Shown here: piece by piece, positions 8,625-16,824 of the stretch
Layout of the letters: each line of letters opens with the position of its first letter
How positions within the stretch are numbered: the first letter of the stretch is position 1
Assembly: GCA_028711655.1 (NCBI GenBank)
Contig: JAQTRU010000002.1
Coordinates: 1-48,191, forward strand
Length of the DNA: 48,191 bases
Direction: 5' to 3'
DNA from: Patescibacteria group bacterium
Lineage (GTDB): Bacteria; Patescibacteriota; Patescibacteriia; Patescibacteriales; JAQTRU01
Made by a program: the position numbers and the translations under genes
Notes under the pieces: model-generated
Databases searched by the model: none
What the model saw: the letters and a program-made list of their open reading frames with translations, nothing else
Told to the model about the DNA's origin: nothing

Positions 8625-9788
8625 ATGTTTATAACCATAATCACTTTTTTAGTAGTATTTTCACTTTTGATTTTTGCCCACGAATTGGGCCATTTTTGGG
8701 TGGCGCGGAAATTCGGAGTTCGGGCCGAAGAATTCGGTTTTGGTTTTCCGCCTCGAATCAGGGGAATCTATAAAAGCAAGGAAGGAAAATGGAAACAGGC
8801 CAGGGGCAACGAAGAGATTTCTGATGCGGTTGATACGATTTATTCCGTTAACTGGATTCCTTTAGGCGGGTTTGTAAAAATTAAGGGCGAAAACGGGGAA
8901 GGAGAAAACGAGCCGGACAGTTTTGCCAGCCGAAAAATTTGGCAAAGAGCGACGATTCTTTCCGCTGGCGTGAGTATGAATATAATTCTGGCCGCGGTTT
9001 TAATTTCTCTCGGCTTAATGGTTGGTTTTCCCCGGGTTTTGGACAACATAGATGTCCGCGCCCGGGTTTCCGACAAAAAAATTCAGATTGCGGAGGTTTT
9101 GCCGGATTCCCAAGCGGCCAAGGCAGGATTCTTAGCCGGGGACGCCATAATCGCTATTAATGGCAAAAAATTCACTTTTGAGGGAGAACTGCAAAATTTT
9201 GTTGACGGACAGACCGGGAAGGAATTAGTTTATGAAATAAAGAGGGGTCAGGAAGAAATGACCCTTAAGGCAATCCCGGAAATAAGAGAAGAAACTGGCC
9301 GGGGAGGCATAGGCATAGCCATTGTTACTACCGGCCTGGTAAAATATTCTTGGTATTTGGCAATTGAGGAAGGAATAAAGGAAACCGCGCTTTTGACCTG
9401 GGCGATAATTTTGGCTTTTTACGAATTAATAAAAAATTTGGTCATAGGGCGAGGGGTAGCGGTTGATATAGCCGGACCGGTTGGGATCGCGGCTTTAACC
9501 GGCCAGGTAGCGCATATGGGGCTTATTTATATTTTGCAATTTACCGCCCTTCTTTCCATTAACTTGGCAATTATCAATTTTTTGCCCTTTCCCGCTTTAG
9601 ACGGCGGCCGAGTTTTGTTTTTAATCATAGAAAAAATCAAGGGTTCTCCGGTTAAGCGGGAACTGGAAACGGCTATCCACAATATCGGCTTCGCCCTTTT
9701 AATGATATTGGTTTTAGTCGTGACTTTTCGGGACGTGGCCAGGTTTGGGGACAGTTTCTGGGCGCTTTGGGAGAAAATTATTGGTTAG
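8625..9788 (+). CDS. rseP: RIP zinc metalloprotease RseP (site-2 protease, M50) with PDZ domain
   Basis: HELGHF zinc motif in TM1, central PDZ-like segment (LPDSQAAKAGFLAGDAIIAING), C-terminal NLAIINFLPFPALDGG motif. Confidence 0.85.
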   Translation: MFITIITFLVVFSLLIFAHELGHFWVARKFGVRAEEFGFGFPPRIRGIYKSKEGKWKQARGNEEISDAVDTIYSVNWIPLGGFVKIKGENGEGENEPDSFASRKIWQRATILSAGVSMNIILAAVLISLGLMVGFPRVLDNIDVRARVSDKKIQIAEVLPDSQAAKAGFLAGDAIIAINGKKFTFEGELQNFVDGQTGKELVYEIKRGQEEMTLKAIPEIREETGRGGIGIAIVTTGLVKYSWYLAIEEGIKETALLTWAIILAFYELIKNLVIGRGVAVDIAGPVGIAALTGQVAHMGLIYILQFTALLSINLAIINFLPFPALDGGRVLFLIIEKIKGSPVKRELETAIHNIGFALLMILVLVVTFRDVARFGDSFWALWEKIIG

Positions 9789-9861
9789 CTTCTACAAACT
9801 ATAAATCTATTACAAAATAATAATTAATAAAAAGAATTTTTATTCGTAAATTTCTGCCTGC

Positions 9862-9895
9862 CGCCTGCCTGCCCGGTAGGCAGGGCAGGCAGGCG
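9862..9895. repeat. GC-rich hairpin element (GCCTGCC/GGCAGGC family), best copy
   Basis: CGCCTGCCTGCCC (9862-9874) pairs perfectly with GGGCAGGCAGGCG (9883-9895), a 13-bp stem. Flanked by ATTCGTAAATTT / AAATTCGTAATTT direct repeats and an outer CTACAAA/TTTGTAG inverted pair. Confidence 0.75.
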
Positions 9896-9918
9896 TATAA
9901 AATTCGTAATTTGTAGTT

Positions 9919-10239
9919 ATGAACATTAGAATTAAAGCGACGAAGATTAAATTAACTCCGGAAATAAAAAGCTATGCGGAGAAAAAAATGGCGATGCTGG
10001 AAAAATATTTGGGAGGCGTTCAAATTTTGAATTGCGATGTGGAAGTCGGCATGTCGGTTGGCGGGCAAAATAGCGGTAAAATATATAAAACCGAAGTTAA
10101 TCTGGAAGTGCCGGGCAGTTTGTTGCGGGTGGAAAAAACCGAAAAAGACTTATTTAAATCCATTGATAAAGTTAAAGATCATCTGGAAATCATAATCAAA
10201 AAATACAAAGAAAAGCGAATTGACAAAAAAAGAAAATAA
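9919..10239 (+). CDS. hpf: ribosome hibernation promoting factor (short HPF/RaiA, S30AE family)
   Basis: MNIRIKATKIKLTPEIKSYAEKKMAMLEKYL...EVNLEVPG...VEKTEKDLFKSIDKVKDHLE; 106 aa. Confidence 0.8.
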   Translation: MNIRIKATKIKLTPEIKSYAEKKMAMLEKYLGGVQILNCDVEVGMSVGGQNSGKIYKTEVNLEVPGSLLRVEKTEKDLFKSIDKVKDHLEIIIKKYKEKRIDKKRK

Positions 10240-10261
10240 GAGTTAAGATAAAGAAAGAAAA

Positions 10262-10285
10262 AGGGGGAGGGCCCCTCTTTTTTTA
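10262..10285 (+). terminator. weak intrinsic terminator after hpf
   Basis: AGGGG-gaggg-CCCCT followed by CTTTTTTT. Confidence 0.4.
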
Positions 10286-10343
10286 AAATTTTTTTTGAAC
10301 TTTAACAATAAGAAATAAATAAAAAAGCAACAAGGGGGATGAA

Positions 10344-11648
10344 ATGGAAAAATTTGGGCGACCCTTTAGGGTTAAAAATCCGCCTACCAACCCTTCGGAC
10401 TATGATGTTTTTTTTATAACCCAAGGTCATCAAAGGCATATGACCGCCGAAACATTGACTCACCCTTGCGCCGTGAAGGATATGGAAGTTTTAAGGGGAG
10501 TTTGTCTGGCTTGCCGGGCCGATCCCTTAAATAGGTTGACGATTTGCGATAAGTATAATTGCCATCCGCCTTGGAATTTTGACGGGGGCGATTCTTTGTC
10601 CGAACCGGAGAAAGACCGGGGAAACGGAAGGGGTTCGGGGAAACCGGCAGAAAATGGTTTAAAGGAAGTTATTTCTCCAATCTTGGAGGGCAATGTTCCC
10701 GGTCTTTCGGTAAGCGACCTGTTTCCCGACCCCGATCAGCCAAGGCAGACTTTTTATGAAGATGACCTTGGGGAGTTGGGAAAAAGCATCCTGGAGCATG
10801 GCCAGATGCTTCCCGTTATAGTTCTAAAGGAAGGGGAGCGCTTCCGGATAATTGACGGGGAGAGAAGGTGGCGCGCTTGCCAAAAAATGGGCATAAAGAA
10901 AATTTATGCCATTATCGTAAAAAATTTGAAAATTGACAAATTTCTTGTTTCCACTATTTGTAATTTCGGCCGGGAAGGACATACGTATATTGATACAGCC
11001 AGGGCAGTTTCCAGGGCAATAACCATTATAGAGGGAATAGCTAAAAAGAGAGGAGATAGATTATCCCGTGAAGAGGTGATAAAAAAAGTTGCTGACGGAT
11101 GCTGCAAATCAGCGCCTTGGGTTTACCAATATCTGTCTCTTTCCCGCCTTGACCCCAGGGTTCAGAAACTGGTTGGAAATGGAGACCTGCCGGTTGTGGT
11201 CGCGGTTGAGGTTTCCAAGGCCGATGAACCGGAAGATCAGGTCAGGTTAGCCGGTGAAGTTGTAGACGGAAAAATGTCAGCTAATTTCGCCAGGCAGTTT
11301 GTGCGAAGAGAAATGGAGGAAAAAGGATTAAGTTCTGTCACCAGAAAAAGAGAGCACAGCCCGAAAGATGATTACAGAATTTTAAGAAATTTTGTCAATC
11401 ACGCTCTTGACGGCCTAAATATCATTTTGGGGTGGGGCCCTCTGCAAATCATCGGGTTGTTTTATAACCGGGAAAGCAAAGACAAAAAGAGAATCCTTGA
11501 GTATTTGGACAAAACTATCGCGAAACTCCAAAAATTACGGGACACTATCCATAACGAGGGTAGCATCAGAAATGAGGTAAAAGATAGTGTTCAAAAGCTT
11601 TGGGAGGCTGATAAGCCCGACAGCCAAGAAGAAGAAATGGAGGAATAA
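10344..11648 (+). CDS. ParB/Srx-fold ParB-like protein with a unique ~130-aa Cys/His-containing N-terminal extension
   Basis: DPDQPRQTF, HGQMLPVIV and IIDGERRWRA (ParB box II GERRxRA) followed by an HTH-like region. AAGGGGGA SD. No parA nearby. Confidence 0.7.
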   Translation: MEKFGRPFRVKNPPTNPSDYDVFFITQGHQRHMTAETLTHPCAVKDMEVLRGVCLACRADPLNRLTICDKYNCHPPWNFDGGDSLSEPEKDRGNGRGSGKPAENGLKEVISPILEGNVPGLSVSDLFPDPDQPRQTFYEDDLGELGKSILEHGQMLPVIVLKEGERFRIIDGERRWRACQKMGIKKIYAIIVKNLKIDKFLVSTICNFGREGHTYIDTARAVSRAITIIEGIAKKRGDRLSREEVIKKVADGCCKSAPWVYQYLSLSRLDPRVQKLVGNGDLPVVVAVEVSKADEPEDQVRLAGEVVDGKMSANFARQFVRREMEEKGLSSVTRKREHSPKDDYRILRNFVNHALDGLNIILGWGPLQIIGLFYNRESKDKKRILEYLDKTIAKLQKLRDTIHNEGSIRNEVKDSVQKLWEADKPDSQEEEMEE

Positions 11649-11663
11649 CAAAAATTATAGCAT

Positions 11664-11705
11664 AAAACCCGCCGGGCATTAAACAAAGCGGGTTTTTTCT
11701 TTTTA
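11664..11705 (+). terminator. intrinsic terminator after the parB-like gene
   Basis: AAAACCCGC, 15-nt loop, GCGGGTTTT, then a T-rich tail TTCTTTTTATT. Confidence 0.7.
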
Positions 11706-11734
11706 TTGATTTTTTTAGAAAAAGATTATATAAT
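11706..11734 (+). promoter_or_regulatory. sigma70-type promoter upstream of secA
   Basis: TTGATT (11706-11711), 17-nt spacer, TATAAT (11729-11734); leader of about 100 nt to ATG 11834. Confidence 0.5.
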
Positions 11735-11833
11735 AACTTTGTTTATTCCGCATCTTTTTTAGCCCTCTTCCATGAGGTTTTTAATTTAATAAAATTTTAG
11801 TTTAATGAATAATATAAGGCGCGAGATTAATAT

Positions 11834-14767
11834 ATGAGTATTTTAAATAAAATTTTTGGAGACCCAAACGCAAAAGCAATAAAATCCTTAGAGCCGATTG
11901 TTAAAGAGATAAATGCTTTAGAGCCAAAGTTTGAAAAAATGAGCGATGAAGAATTAAAGGAAATAACTAAGTCCTTCGTTAAAGCTATAGAGGGGAAGCC
12001 TGACGATGAATTAACGAAAGAATTAGACAGAATATTGCCAGAAGCGTTTGCGGCGGTAAGAGAGGCGGCCAAGAGAGTTTTGGGGCAAAGACATTATGAT
12101 GTTCAGTTAATGGGCGGCATAGTTCTTCATCGCGGCCAGATCGCGGAAATGAGGACCGGCGAAGGCAAAACTTTAGTGGCGACCCTGCCTTTGTATTTAA
12201 ACGCTTTGGCTGGCCGGGGAGCGCATTTAATTACAGTCAACGATTATTTGTCCCGGGTGGGCGCGGGCTGGATGGCGCCGGTTTATTATTTTTTAGGTCT
12301 TACCACTGGCGTGATTATTCATGATACCGCTTTTGTTTATGACCCGGAATTTACGGATGATTCCCAATACGATGAAAGGTTAAAACATTTTCGGAAAGTT
12401 GAAAGAAAAGAGGCTTACCAATGCGACATAACATATGGGACAAATAACGAATTCGGTTTTGATTATCTAAGGGACAACATGGCTTCGTCTTTGGAGAGAA
12501 TGGCGCAAAGGGAGCTTTATTATACGATTGTTGACGAAGTTGATTCTATTTTGATTGATGAAGCCCGGACGCCTTTGATAATTTCGGCGCCGGCCGAAGA
12601 ATCAACCGACAAATATTATAAATTCGCCCAACTGGTGGAGCGCCTGCAGGAGAAAGAGGACTATAATATAGATGAAAAAATGAGAGCCGCGACTTTGACC
12701 GAGGCCGCTATTGCCAAAATGGAAAAATGGCTGGGAGTGGAGAATATTTACGTTTCCGGCGGTGTTCGCGATGTTCATCATATTGAGCAGGCCCTAAAAG
12801 CGCGGGTGCTTTTCAAAAAGGACCGCGATTATGTGGTCAAAGAAGGCCAAATTATAATCGTTGACGAGTTTACCGGCCGCCTGATGCATGGCCGGCGCTA
12901 CAGCGAAGGTTTGCATCAGGCCATTGAAGCCAAGGAAGGCGTGGAAATCCAGAGGGAGTCGCAGACATTGGCTACTATTACTTTCCAAAATTATTTCAGG
13001 ATGTATAAAAAATTAGCTGGTATGACCGGCACGGCCGTGACCGAGGCCGAGGAATTTGCCAAAATTTATAAATTAGAAACCGCTGTTATTCCGACCAACA
13101 AGCCGATGATAAGGAAGGATTTGAATGATTTGATTTATCGCACCGAAGAAGGAAAATTCAAAGCCGTGATTCAAGACGTGAAAGAAAGGAACAAAAAAGG
13201 CCAGCCGGTTTTAATCGGCACGATTTCTATTGAAAAAAACGAATTTTTGGCGGAGATGATGAAGCGGGAAGGCCTTGTTCCGCAGGTTTTAAACGCCAAA
13301 AATCACGAAAAAGAAGCCCAAATTATTTCCCAGGCAGGGAAATTGGGAGCGATTACTATTGCTACCAATATGGCCGGTCGGGGCGTTGATATAATTTTGG
13401 GAGGCAACCCTTCGGACAAAGAAGAGCAAAGAAAAGTGATAGAAGCCGGCGGTTTGCATGTTGTCGGCACGGAAAGGCACGAAGCGCGGCGGATTGACAA
13501 CCAATTGCGCGGCCGGTCCGGTCGGCAGGGCGATCCGGGATCTTCCCAGTTTTTTGTTTCCACTGAAGATGATTTAATGAGAATTTTCGGCGGGGACCGG
13601 ATGAAAGGCTTAATGAAGACTTTGCGCGTGCCGGAAGATATGCCGATTGAAAACCGGATGGTTTCCAAGTCAATTGAATCCGCCCAGACAAAGGTTGAAG
13701 GCAATAATTTTGATATCCGCAAGCACTTGGTGGAATATGATGATGTGATAAACAAACACCGTGAATCAATTTACAGGAAGAGGAGGGAGATATTGGAACT
13801 AGCTCAAAATTCCAATAACCAAGAATCAATAATCAAATCACCGCCTGGGCGGGATCCCGCCCACAATAAGATCTATAATAAAGTGGCTGGACAAGATTCA
13901 AATTCCAATAACCAAAATGATAAAAAAGAAAGTGAAGAAAGCTCTTCGGTCCCTCAACAAAATTCAGGACAGGCAGGAGGGGGGGAGACGGGTAAAGATG
14001 AGAGCAGAACTTTAGCTGGCATAATATTGGATATGGCGGAGAACGAAATTGAGCAGGTGGTAAGTTTTCATACGGCTTCGGAAAATGTTAAGGATTGGAA
14101 TTTGGCGGAAATTTATGAGGTGGTCTCCACTATTTTTCCGGTAGAAAAAGGATTAAAAGACGATTTATCCGCCTTTGCCGAAGACGAGGGAAAATTAAAT
14201 AAGGCCAAAGCCCGCACGGTTATTATTGAGCATTTAGCGAAGCTGGCAGGAGAAAATTATGAAAAAATGAAAGAGCAGTTTAAGGGCATCAACGCCGGGT
14301 TTAATTTTTCCGAGATTGAAAAAGCGATTTTAATCCGTTCTATTGACACTTTATGGATTGAGCATCTGGATGCGATGGATTACATGCGCCGGGGCATCGG
14401 CCTGCGGGGTTATGGCCAGCGCGATCCCTTGGTTGAATACAAAAAAGAAGCCTATCATCTTTTTAACGAGTTAAACGGTTTAATTCAGAAAGAAGTGGTT
14501 TATTCCATTTTTAAAGTTGGCGACATGAGCCAGGTTAAGGCCCCGAGTTTAGCGGATAGGGCGAAACAGTTTAGCGCTCCGGCCAAAACCATGGATGAGA
14601 AAACTTCTTCCTTTTCCGGATTTAAGCAGGCGGACAAGGGCAGTAATTCCGGCACCATAGATATGGTTAAGCCAAAACAGAAAAATGCCCAAGGAGAAAA
14701 AATCGGCCGCAACGACCCTTGCCCGTGCGGGTCAGGGAAGAAGTACAAGAAGTGCTGTGGGAAGTAG
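11834..14767 (+). CDS. secA: preprotein translocase ATPase SecA
   Basis: [14 protein letters not shown] Walker [30 protein letters not shown]-terminal zinc motif [14 protein letters not shown]. Carries a low-complexity insert around 13800-13990. Confidence 0.95.
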   Translation: MSILNKIFGDPNAKAIKSLEPIVKEINALEPKFEKMSDEELKEITKSFVKAIEGKPDDELTKELDRILPEAFAAVREAAKRVLGQRHYDVQLMGGIVLHRGQIAEMRTGEGKTLVATLPLYLNALAGRGAHLITVNDYLSRVGAGWMAPVYYFLGLTTGVIIHDTAFVYDPEFTDDSQYDERLKHFRKVERKEAYQCDITYGTNNEFGFDYLRDNMASSLERMAQRELYYTIVDEVDSILIDEARTPLIISAPAEESTDKYYKFAQLVERLQEKEDYNIDEKMRAATLTEAAIAKMEKWLGVENIYVSGGVRDVHHIEQALKARVLFKKDRDYVVKEGQIIIVDEFTGRLMHGRRYSEGLHQAIEAKEGVEIQRESQTLATITFQNYFRMYKKLAGMTGTAVTEAEEFAKIYKLETAVIPTNKPMIRKDLNDLIYRTEEGKFKAVIQDVKERNKKGQPVLIGTISIEKNEFLAEMMKREGLVPQVLNAKNHEKEAQIISQAGKLGAITIATNMAGRGVDIILGGNPSDKEEQRKVIEAGGLHVVGTERHEARRIDNQLRGRSGRQGDPGSSQFFVSTEDDLMRIFGGDRMKGLMKTLRVPEDMPIENRMVSKSIESAQTKVEGNNFDIRKHLVEYDDVINKHRESIYRKRREILELAQNSNNQESIIKSPPGRDPAHNKIYNKVAGQDSNSNNQNDKKESEESSSVPQQNSGQAGGGETGKDESRTLAGIILDMAENEIEQVVSFHTASENVKDWNLAEIYEVVSTIFPVEKGLKDDLSAFAEDEGKLNKAKARTVIIEHLAKLAGENYEKMKEQFKGINAGFNFSEIEKAILIRSIDTLWIEHLDAMDYMRRGIGLRGYGQRDPLVEYKKEAYHLFNELNGLIQKEVVYSIFKVGDMSQVKAPSLADRAKQFSAPAKTMDEKTSSFSGFKQADKGSNSGTIDMVKPKQKNAQGEKIGRNDPCPCGSGKKYKKCCGK
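13808..13915 (+). repeat. in-frame repeat-flanked insertion inside secA
   Basis: A 15-bp exact direct repeat AATTCCAATAACCAA at 13808-13822 and 13901-13915 (offset 93 nt, 31 codons) brackets the perfect 16-bp palindrome GGGCGGGATCCCGCCC (13847-13862). Confidence 0.75.
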
Positions 14768-14772
14768 TTTGT

Positions 14773-14811
14773 GGGATTCTTAGGATTCTTAAGACTCTTA
14801 GGATTTTTGGG
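14773..14811. repeat. GGATTCTTRGG-family repeat, tandem copy after secA
   Basis: GGGATTCTTAGGATTCTTAAGACTCTTAGGATTTTTGGG; about 85 percent identical to the copy at 19818-19856. Confidence 0.75.
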
Positions 14812-14835
14812 AAAATTTTCAGAAAGAAAAGAATA

Positions 14836-15426
14836 ATGCAAACCCATAAAGGGTTTACGATATCCTGGGCGGAATTAAGATTGCTTTTAGATAAGTTTAT
14901 GGCAAACAATAATAAAAAAGTACTGATTCTAACCGGGCCGGGAGGGTCTGGCAAAACCACAATGGCTGATTTGTTAGTGAAGAGACGCGGTTTTATCAAA
15001 GTTGACGGCGATTATTTGGATAGTGAATTTTTTCCCGAAGGGCGCCACTGGGTCCCGGAAAATTTTAAGAAATTAAAACAAGCGCACGATAAAATCTTTA
15101 TTGAAGTAAAGAAAGCATTTGATAAAGGCGAGAATGATGTCGTTCTTGATTATATTATATTTGGACATTATTTAGAATTTCTTGAAAAGTTTAAAAAAGA
15201 ATTCGGGGATAATTTAGAAATTAAAGTTTTATTCCCGACCAAAGAAGAAACTATAAAAAGAGATAAGGAGCGCGAATGCTGGACAACCGGCGTTGAACGG
15301 ATAGCAGCGGTTCGCGCCGAATTTGAAGCTATCAGAGACACGATGGGCAGTGATAATTTTTTTGATACGACCGGACAAACGCCTGACGAAACTTTTGAGA
15401 AATATTTTAAGGGTCAAAATTTATGA
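14836..15426 (+). CDS. P-loop NTPase / small-molecule or nucleotide kinase-like protein
   Basis: Walker A LTGPGGSGKTTMA, then DGD and VVLDYIIFG (Walker B-like). ATG 14836 is preferred because the track extension from 14719 overlaps secA and translates the repeat. Confidence 0.6.
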   Translation: MQTHKGFTISWAELRLLLDKFMANNNKKVLILTGPGGSGKTTMADLLVKRRGFIKVDGDYLDSEFFPEGRHWVPENFKKLKQAHDKIFIEVKKAFDKGENDVVLDYIIFGHYLEFLEKFKKEFGDNLEIKVLFPTKEETIKRDKERECWTTGVERIAAVRAEFEAIRDTMGSDNFFDTTGQTPDETFEKYFKGQNL

Positions 15427-15755
15427 TTAACTATCAAGACTTCGAGAAAGTGGATATAAGAGTTGGAGAAATTATAAAAGCAGAAGATTTTCCCGAAGCC
15501 AAAAAGCCAGCCTACAAGCTGACAATAGATTTTGGTCCGGAAATTGGCGTAAAAAAATCATCTGTCCAGATTACAAAGCGCTATACTAAGGAGGAGCTCA
15601 TAGGAAAACAGGTGATAGGAGTAGTGAATTTTTCGCCCAAACAGATTGGCCCATTTGTGTCTGAAGTTTTAACTCTCGGATTGCCGGATGAAAATGGAGA
15701 CGTAGTATTATTATCTCCAACGAAAAAGGTGCCAAAGGGCGGGAAAATGTTCTAA
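15423..15755 (+). CDS. tRNA-binding domain protein (CsaA/EMAP-II-like OB fold)
   Basis: FEKVDIRVGEIIKAEDFPEAKKPAYKLTIDFGPEIG...SSVQIT is the CsaA pattern; ATGA start/stop overlap with the upstream gene. Confidence 0.75.
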   Translation: MINYQDFEKVDIRVGEIIKAEDFPEAKKPAYKLTIDFGPEIGVKKSSVQITKRYTKEELIGKQVIGVVNFSPKQIGPFVSEVLTLGLPDENGDVVLLSPTKKVPKGGKMF

Positions 15756-15801
15756 AATTTTACAGACTAGGGAATAAAATGTGCTATAGAAAAACAAAAG
15801 T

Positions 15802-16374
15802 ATGAAAATAATTTTAGGCTCTGGTTTAAAATGGCGCAAGGCGATGCTGGAGAAAATGGGTTATGATTTTGAAGTTGTAACGGCTGATATTAATGAAAAA
15901 GCGATTCGCAGTAATGATTATTACGTTTTGCCGATTAAAATAGCTCGCGCTAAAGCCGAGGCCATAAGGCAAAAAATCAAGGAGCCGGTTCTTCTAATCA
16001 CGGCTGACCAAGTCGTGCTCTATAACGGCGAATTGCGGGAAAAGCCGAAAGATGAACGCCAGGCGCGGGAGTTCCTGCTTTCCTATAAAAAATATCCGGC
16101 AGAAATTATTAACGCGGTGGTCGTGACAAATACCGCAAGCGGTAAACGCGCGCAAGGGATTGATATAGCCAAAGCTTACTTTAAAGAAATTCCTGAAGAA
16201 GTTATTGATAAACTTGTAGAGATGGAAGACATTTTAAACTCGGCTGGCGGATTTTTGGCAGAGCATGAATTATTACAGCCCTATCTTAAAAAATACGAAG
16301 GCAAAGAAGGAAACAGCCTTGGGCTGCCAAAGGCATTAACCGAGCGTCTTATTCTTGAGGTTCAAGAAATATAA
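15802..16374 (+). CDS. maf: Maf-family nucleoside triphosphate pyrophosphatase
   Basis: MKIILGSG..KWRKAMLEKMGYDFEVVTADINEKAIR...ITADQVV...GKP; 190 aa. Confidence 0.85.
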   Translation: MKIILGSGLKWRKAMLEKMGYDFEVVTADINEKAIRSNDYYVLPIKIARAKAEAIRQKIKEPVLLITADQVVLYNGELREKPKDERQAREFLLSYKKYPAEIINAVVVTNTASGKRAQGIDIAKAYFKEIPEEVIDKLVEMEDILNSAGGFLAEHELLQPYLKKYEGKEGNSLGLPKALTERLILEVQEI

Positions 16375-16405
16375 AAAGTGTCATGGACAATAAAAAAGGA
16401 TATCG

Positions 16406-16441
16406 CAAGCCCATAAAGAGTTTACGATATCCCGGGGAGAA
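16406..16441 (+). other. remnant copy of the 5' end of the P-loop gene at 14836
   Basis: CAAGCCCATAAAGAGTTTACGATATCCCGGGGAGAA against 14839-14874 CAAACCCATAAAGGGTTTACGATATCCTGGGCGGAA: 31 of 36 identical, reading AHKEFTISRGE versus THKGFTISWAE. Confidence 0.5.
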
Positions 16442-16522
16442 TATTTGACTAAATTTAAAAAATAAATTAAGCTATTTTCAAAATAACAGCACATTAACCT
16501 TATAAGAGGGAGGGTATGATTT

Positions 16523-16678
16523 ATGGCTCATAATCATGACGTAAAATTCCGCAAGGTTAACCGAGGAGGCAAAAAGTCATCAGGCTCTTCTCATATCTGC
16601 CGGAGATGCGGCGCAGGTTTGAGTAAAACAAGAATTAAAGAAAGAAAACATTTATGCTTTGATTGCGAACAAAAGTAG
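16523..16678 (+). CDS. unannotated 51-aa basic zinc-ribbon protein
   Basis: MAHNHDVKFRKVNRGGKKSSGSSHICRRCGAGLSKTRIKERKHLCFDCEQK: two CxxC pairs, strong SD AGAGGGAGGG, intrinsic terminator directly downstream. Below the 60-aa track cutoff. Confidence 0.5.
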   Translation: MAHNHDVKFRKVNRGGKKSSGSSHICRRCGAGLSKTRIKERKHLCFDCEQK

Positions 16679-16726
16679 GGTTCGCGGGCAAGTTTATGGC
16701 CATAAAAAGGAAAAAGAAAAAAAGTT

Positions 16727-16765
16727 AACCCGTGGTTGACGCAACGCCGCGGGTTTTCTTTTTGA
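16727..16765 (+). terminator. intrinsic terminator after the small zinc-ribbon ORF
   Basis: AACCCGTGG, 11-nt loop, CCGCGGGTT (one G-U pair) followed by TTCTTTTT. Confidence 0.6.
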
Positions 16766-16824
16766 CTTTTATCATTTTTTAGGTTATTTTATAGATATAA
16801 GTCATGCAAATGATTTTTTAATTT

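Noticed and set aside
10240-11830. Integrated plasmid or prophage remnant around the ParB-like gene
   Set aside because: There is no integrase, replication, relaxase or phage structural gene, no flanking tRNA and no long direct repeats. It is a single gene between two terminators amid housekeeping genes.
13303-13829. 150-155-aa minus-strand ORFs
   Set aside because: They lie antisense to the most conserved part of secA ([10 protein letters not shown] region); shadow ORFs.
14719-14835. N-terminal extensions in the track: 14719 start of the P-loop gene, 19824 start of the ASCH gene, and ORF 8558-8773
   Set aside because: The extensions are translations of the GGATTCTTRGG repeat family (LRILKTLRIF, GFLRPLGFLG, LGINRKNPKSLKILKNP) and overlap upstream genes. 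Internal ATGs give sensible N-termini.
16680-16824. T-box or other riboswitch leader upstream of ileS (and 26202-26261 upstream of proS)
   Set aside because: The leaders are short. The ileS upstream region is mostly the terminator of the preceding small ORF, and I see no specifier-loop/T-box-like conserved sequence. The proS leader holds only a simple AT palindrome.
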